Assembly: GCA_963707915.1 (NCBI GenBank)
Contig: OY970178.1
Coordinates: 2,688,001-2,752,000, forward strand
Direction: 5' to 3'
From: Candidatus Eiseniibacteriota bacterium
Lineage (GTDB): Bacteria > Eisenbacteria > RBG-16-71-46
DNA length: 64,000 bases
The position numbers and the translations under genes are program-made. Positions 59,713 through 64,000 of the stretch are shown one piece after another. Each line of letters begins with the position of its first letter. Position 1 is the first letter of the stretch. Below the pieces are notes generated by a model. That model was given only the letters and a program-made list of their open reading frames with translations, was not told the DNA's origin and did no database searches.

Positions 59713-61713
59713 TTGAGACCGGCACTCCTCCGCTCCAGCTTCGCCCGGACCCTCACGCTCCTGTTCCTCACCCTGACGGCGCCGACGGTTGCCTCCAGCC
59801 AGCCGGCCGGCCCGGCGGGACCGACCCCCGAAGCGCGCGCGCGGTTGTCGCAGGCGGCGGCCGACCCCGCGCTGCCCGCCTGGCAGCGCGAGTTCATGGT
59901 GGGCCTGGCGGACGGCGACGTGGCCGCGACGACGGCCCCGGGCGCCGCCGGTGATCCGGCCTCGCCGCCTGAGCGCCGCTCCGGCCCCGCTGTCGTCGCG
60001 CTCGCGAACCAGGGACCGCCGAGCGCCCGTTCCGCCCACAGCGCGATCTACGACCCGGTGCGCGACCGCATGGTGGTGTTCGGGGGATGGCAGCAATCCG
60101 GCGCGAACTTCGGCGACGTCTGGGCGCTGTCGCTGGCGGGCACGCCGGCGTGGACGGAACTGGCCCCCACCGGCACCCCGCCGAGCCCGCGGCGCTACCA
60201 CAGCGCGATCTACGACCCGGTGCGCGACCGTATGCTGGTGTTCGGCGGCTACGACAATTCCTACTACTACAACGACGTCTGGGCGCTGTCGCTGTCGGGC
60301 GCGCCGGCGTGGACCGAGCTGACGCCCGGCGGCACGCCGCCGGAAGTGCGGTACCGCCACACCGCGATCTACGATCCGGTGGGCGACCGCATGGTGGTGT
60401 TCGGCGGATGGCACTCGGGCGCCTTCTTCGGCGATGCCTGGGAGCTCTCGCTGTCGGGCGCGCCGACGTGGACGGAGCTGGCGCCGGGCGGGGCGCTGCC
60501 GAGCGCCCGGTACTCCCACACCGCGATCTACGACCCGGCGCGTGACCGCATGGTGGTGTTCGGTGGGGTCGATGTCAGCGAGAGCTACCGCAACGACGTC
60601 TGGGCGCTCGCCCTCGCGGGCACGCCGGAGTGGGCGGAACTGACGCCCGCGGGTCCGGCGCCGAGCGCGCGCTACGTCCACGGTGCGGTCTGCGACTCGG
60701 TGCGCGATCGCATGGTGGTCTTCGGCGGACACGACGCCTTCGGCTTCCGCAACGACGTCTGGGAGCTCTCGCTGGCGGGCACGCCGGCGTGGACGGAGCT
60801 GGCGCCCGACGGCACGCCGCCGGGCGTGCGCTACGGCCTCAGTGCGATCCGCGCCCCGGTGCTCGACCGCATGGTGGTGTTCGGCGGGACCGACGGTCTC
60901 GACTGGTTCAACGACGTCGGGGAGCTGTCGCTGGCGGGGGCCACCGCCTGGATGTCGATGTCCGCGCCCGACAGCTTCACGCTGACGGTGAACGCGACGA
61001 ACGGCTCGGTGGTCGAGTCGCCGTTGCCGACCGCGGGGAAGTACGCGTCCGGGACCGCGGTGCTGCTGACGGCGACGGCGGATGCCGGCCACCACTTCGT
61101 GGACTACACCGGGGACGCGGTGGCCCTGACCGACACCGTGACCGTGATCATGAGCGGCGACAAGACGGTCACCGCCGGCTTCGCTCCCGACCTGGTCACG
61201 CTGACGCTGGCCGCGGCGAACGGTTCGGTGACGGCGGTGCCCCTGCCGACCGACGGAAGGTACGCGTTCGGGACGGCGGTGCTGCTGACCGCGACACCGG
61301 ACTCCGGCTACCACTTCGTGGACTACCGCGGGGACGCGGTGGCCGCGACCGACACCGTGACGGTGGTCATGAGCGGCGACAAGACGGTCACTGCCGACTT
61401 CTTCGCCACCGCGGGGGTCGTCGGAGGGGCTCCGCAAGTGACCCTGCTCATGCCGGCGCGGCCGAACCCGTCGCGCCGGTCCGCGACGCTGGTGTTCAGC
61501 GTCGCTCGCGGCGGGCGGGTGGAGCTGGCGATCTACTCGGTGAACGGCCGGCAGGTGCGCGCACTGGTGGACGGCCCCCGGGAGCCGGGCGAGTACCGGA
61601 CGACCTGGGACGGGCGCGACGACGGCGGCAACCCGATGCCCTCGGGGGTCTATTTCGCGAGGCTCAGGACGACGGACCGGTTCATGACCCGGTCCATCAC
61701 GTACCTGAGGTAG
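59713..61713 (+). CDS. Secreted Kelch-repeat beta-propeller protein with two B-repeat-like domains and FlgD-Ig/T9SS-like CTD (start uncertain)
   Basis: Signal-like segment; six H.AIYDPVRDRMVVFGG...NDVW.LSL.G.P.W.EL repeats; RPNP...WDGRDD.G...SGVYFARL. Confidence 0.85.
   Translation: MRPALLRSSFARTLTLLFLTLTAPTVASSQPAGPAGPTPEARARLSQAAADPALPAWQREFMVGLADGDVAATTAPGAAGDPASPPERRSGPAVVALANQGPPSARSAHSAIYDPVRDRMVVFGGWQQSGANFGDVWALSLAGTPAWTELAPTGTPPSPRRYHSAIYDPVRDRMLVFGGYDNSYYYNDVWALSLSGAPAWTELTPGGTPPEVRYRHTAIYDPVGDRMVVFGGWHSGAFFGDAWELSLSGAPTWTELAPGGALPSARYSHTAIYDPARDRMVVFGGVDVSESYRNDVWALALAGTPEWAELTPAGPAPSARYVHGAVCDSVRDRMVVFGGHDAFGFRNDVWELSLAGTPAWTELAPDGTPPGVRYGLSAIRAPVLDRMVVFGGTDGLDWFNDVGELSLAGATAWMSMSAPDSFTLTVNATNGSVVESPLPTAGKYASGTAVLLTATADAGHHFVDYTGDAVALTDTVTVIMSGDKTVTAGFAPDLVTLTLAAANGSVTAVPLPTDGRYAFGTAVLLTATPDSGYHFVDYRGDAVAATDTVTVVMSGDKTVTADFFATAGVVGGAPQVTLLMPARPNPSRRSATLVFSVARGGRVELAIYSVNGRQVRALVDGPREPGEYRTTWDGRDDGGNPMPSGVYFARLRTTDRFMTRSITYLR
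60016..60951 (+). repeat. Six intragenic Kelch tandem repeats (about 159-162 bp each)
   Basis: Recurrent gcgatctacgacccggtgcgcgaccgcatggtggtgttcgg...aacgacgtctgggcgctgtcgctg DNA. Confidence 0.9.
60976..61401 (+). repeat. Two intragenic tandem repeats, 219-bp period (InlB B-repeat-like)
   Basis: TLT..A.NGSV...PLPT.G.YA.GTAVLLTAT.D.G.HFVDY.GDAVA.TDTVTV.MSGDKTVTA.F occurs twice. Confidence 0.85.
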
Positions 61714-61918
61714 GAGGCGGCAGCACCGACGGCCGGCCGCGATGGACCTCGACACCCGGCCGGGTGCCGGGAGGAGGAGCGGCCCCCGCCATTGCACCGG
61801 GGCCTGCTGCCGCGCCGTGCACGCGGCGCCGCGTTCGACTAGAGTGCCGTTCCCGGCCGGTCGTGCCTCGACCGGCCGGTCCCCGCACCTGCACGCTGCT
61901 CCCGCCCACGGAGTGACC

Positions 61919-63538
61919 TTGTCCGACCTCTTCGCGCCCGCATCCCCGACCAAGGCCACCGACCCGCAGCAGGTGCTCGAGGGGGTCTTCGGGTTCCGCG
62001 AGTTCCGCCCGGGGCAGCGGCGGGTGATCGACGCGGTGCTCGCCGGGCGCGATTGCATCGCGGTGATGCCGACCGGGGCGGGCAAGTCGCTCACCTTCCA
62101 GATCCCGGCGCGGATCCTGCCCGGGCCGGTGCTGGTGATCTCGCCGCTCATCTCGCTGATGAAGGACCAGGTGGACGCGCTCACCCGGGTCGGCTTCCGC
62201 GCCACGGTGCTCAACTCGACGGTCGAGTTCGACGAGCGCCGGCGCCGGCTGGCGGCGCTGCGCCGTGGCGAGCTGGAGCTGGTCTACGTCGCGCCCGAAG
62301 GGCTCGAAGGTTCGTTGCGCGACCTCATCGCCGGCTGCAACATCCGCCTGGTGGTGGTGGACGAGGCGCACTGCATCAGCCACTGGGGCCACGACTTCCG
62401 GCCGGCCTACCGCCAGCTCGCCGGGCTCAAGGGCCAGCTCGGCGACGTGCCGGTGCTGGCGCTCACCGCCACGGCGACGCGGCGCGTGGCGGCCGACATC
62501 ATCCAGCAGCTCGGCATGCGCAAGCCCGAGGGCTACAAGGGCTCGTTCTTCCGCCCGAACCTGGTCATCACCGCGCAGCGGAAGGGGGACGCGGGGCAGC
62601 CGCGGAACGCGGGCGACGGCGTGCCGCGCGCGGTCGCCCGCCGCGACACCCGGCGCGACATCCTCGGCATCGTGCGGCGCCACGCGGGCGAGAGCGGCAT
62701 CGTCTACTGCCTCTCGCGCCGCTCGGTGGATTCGCTCCGCGCGTGGCTCTGCGAGCACGGCGTGCGCGCGCTGGCCTACCACGCCGGGCTCGCCGACGAA
62801 GAGCGCCACCGCAACCAGGACGCCTTCGCCCGCGACGAGTGCGACGTCATCGTCGCGACCGTCGCCTTCGGCATGGGCATCGACAAGAGCAACGTGCGCT
62901 TCGTGGTCCACCGTGACATGCCGAGGAGCGTGGAGGCCTGGTACCAGGAGATCGGCCGGGCCGGCCGCGACGGGCTCCCGAGCGATTGCGTGCTGCTCTA
63001 CTCGTGGGCCGACGTGATGGGCTACGAGAACTTCCTCGACGGCATCGACGACCCGGTCCTGCGGGAGGAGACGCGCGCCAAGACGGTCGGGATGTTCCGG
63101 CTCGCCGACCGCGGCGGGTGCCGCCACCAGGCGCTGGTGCGCTACTTCGACGAGACCATCGAGCCGTGCGGGGCGTCGTGCGACGTCTGCCGGGGGACCG
63201 GGATCGAGGACGTGGTGGCGCACGCGTCGGCCCCGGCGCGGCGCGCGGCGCGATCGTCCGGCGACCTCTTCGTGCGGGCCTCCGCCGCGAAGGCGCGCGG
63301 CCGCGGGGCCGGGGAGATCGTCGACCCCGACCTGTTCGAGCGGCTGCGCGCCCTTCGCAAGCGGCTCGCCGACGCCGAGGGCGTGCCCGCCTACATCGTC
63401 TTCAGCGACGCCGTGCTGCGCGAGATGGCGAAGCACGCGCCGCGGACGAGCGCGGAGCTGCTGGGCGTCTCGGGCGTCGGCCCGGTCAAGCTCGAGCGCT
63501 ACGGCGCGGCGTTCCTCGAGGCGCTGCGGGAAGGCTGA
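61919..63538 (+). CDS. recQ: ATP-dependent DNA helicase RecQ with HRDC domain
   Basis: FGFREFRPGQ, MPTGAGKSL, SPLISLMKDQV, VDEAHCISHWGHDFRP, ATVAFGMGIDK, YQEIGRAGRDG, CRH...C...CDVC, VPAYIVFSD. Start TTG 61919 or GTG 61913. Confidence 0.95.
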   Translation: MSDLFAPASPTKATDPQQVLEGVFGFREFRPGQRRVIDAVLAGRDCIAVMPTGAGKSLTFQIPARILPGPVLVISPLISLMKDQVDALTRVGFRATVLNSTVEFDERRRRLAALRRGELELVYVAPEGLEGSLRDLIAGCNIRLVVVDEAHCISHWGHDFRPAYRQLAGLKGQLGDVPVLALTATATRRVAADIIQQLGMRKPEGYKGSFFRPNLVITAQRKGDAGQPRNAGDGVPRAVARRDTRRDILGIVRRHAGESGIVYCLSRRSVDSLRAWLCEHGVRALAYHAGLADEERHRNQDAFARDECDVIVATVAFGMGIDKSNVRFVVHRDMPRSVEAWYQEIGRAGRDGLPSDCVLLYSWADVMGYENFLDGIDDPVLREETRAKTVGMFRLADRGGCRHQALVRYFDETIEPCGASCDVCRGTGIEDVVAHASAPARRAARSSGDLFVRASAAKARGRGAGEIVDPDLFERLRALRKRLADAEGVPAYIVFSDAVLREMAKHAPRTSAELLGVSGVGPVKLERYGAAFLEALREG

Positions 63539-63595
63539 TCGGCCGGGCTGGCCCGCCGGCGTCCGCTTCGTCGCTCCGCGAGCAGAGCCCATCCG

Positions 63596-63631
63596 ATTTC
63601 AGTTGAAATGCCGGAGCGCGTGCGGCATCTT
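63596..63631 (+). promoter_or_regulatory. Putative promoter and operator palindrome upstream of the TonB-dependent receptor
   Basis: ATTTCA-GT-TGAAAT palindrome overlapping TTGAAA-17 bp-CATCTT. Confidence 0.4.
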
Positions 63632-63710
63632 TTGGGCGTCGGCCGGGCGCCTTCAGCCCGGCCGATCCGTGTTCCGGGCGGAGCGCACGCTGAACACCAT
63701 CGGAGGGAAC

Positions 63711-64000
63711 ATGGCCGACAGGGGCTCCGTCCTCGCGCTGCTCTTCGTGTTCGCCGCAGCACCTGGGGCCGCCGTTGCACAGGCGCCGCCGCCGGCCGCG
63801 CCGGCGGACACGGCGCGGCCCCCGGTCCGCGTGGTCCGGCGCTTCCCGCCCACCGAGGTGTGGGCGACCCTCCACGACCTGCGCTCGAGCGAGACGGTCC
63901 GGATGATCCCCGGTTCCACGATGCGGGTGCTCCCCATCGACAACCTCACGGACGCGATCGCTCTGCAAGCCGGGGTCGTGGCACAGGGAGAGGAACTCCA
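63711..64000 (+). CDS. Probable TonB-dependent receptor, 5' part only
   Basis: GGAGG RBS; signal peptide MADRGSVLALLFVFAAAPGAAVA-Q; plug-like LPIDNLTDAIALQAGVVAQGEEL. Confidence 0.65.
   Translation, partial: MADRGSVLALLFVFAAAPGAAVAQAPPPAAPADTARPPVRVVRRFPPTEVWATLHDLRSSETVRMIPGSTMRVLPIDNLTDAIALQAGVVAQGEEL

Noticed and set aside
60016..60951. CRISPR array or DGR variable region
   Set aside because: The repeats are in-frame ~160-bp protein repeats. There are no cas genes, reverse transcriptase or template repeat in the window.
61780..61900. LexA box upstream of recQ
   Set aside because: Several TGCAC half-sites are present, but none is paired as TGCAC-N4-GTGCA.

Overview
High-GC bacterial chromosomal window. 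Gene content suggests an FCB-superphylum lineage such as Ca. Eisenbacteria (inference). In order it holds: partial lexA with a perfect TGCAC-N4-GTGCA operator inside its promoter; a three-gene DUF4402 pilin/chaperone/usher-like operon; futalosine-pathway menaquinone genes (ubiA/ubiX/ubiD-like at 6-9.4 kb, mqnE at 57 kb); a secreted zinc-peptidase-like protein; a Ser/Thr kinase-TPR protein; pntAB; a YfhO-like membrane protein; and an MFS-GNAT remnant-btpA-pfkB-psuG operon. Four paralogous CBM9/DUF5916 outer-membrane-protein genes are arranged as two tandem pairs. The pairs bracket a ~19 kb block with a heavily frameshifted Wzx/Wzy polysaccharide operon and three histidine kinases. The window ends with rhodanese, VOC, a Kelch-repeat secreted protein, recQ and the start of a TonB-dependent receptor. 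No rRNA, tRNA, CRISPR array, integrase or transposase was recognised. All family calls come from motif recognition by eye, not database searches.
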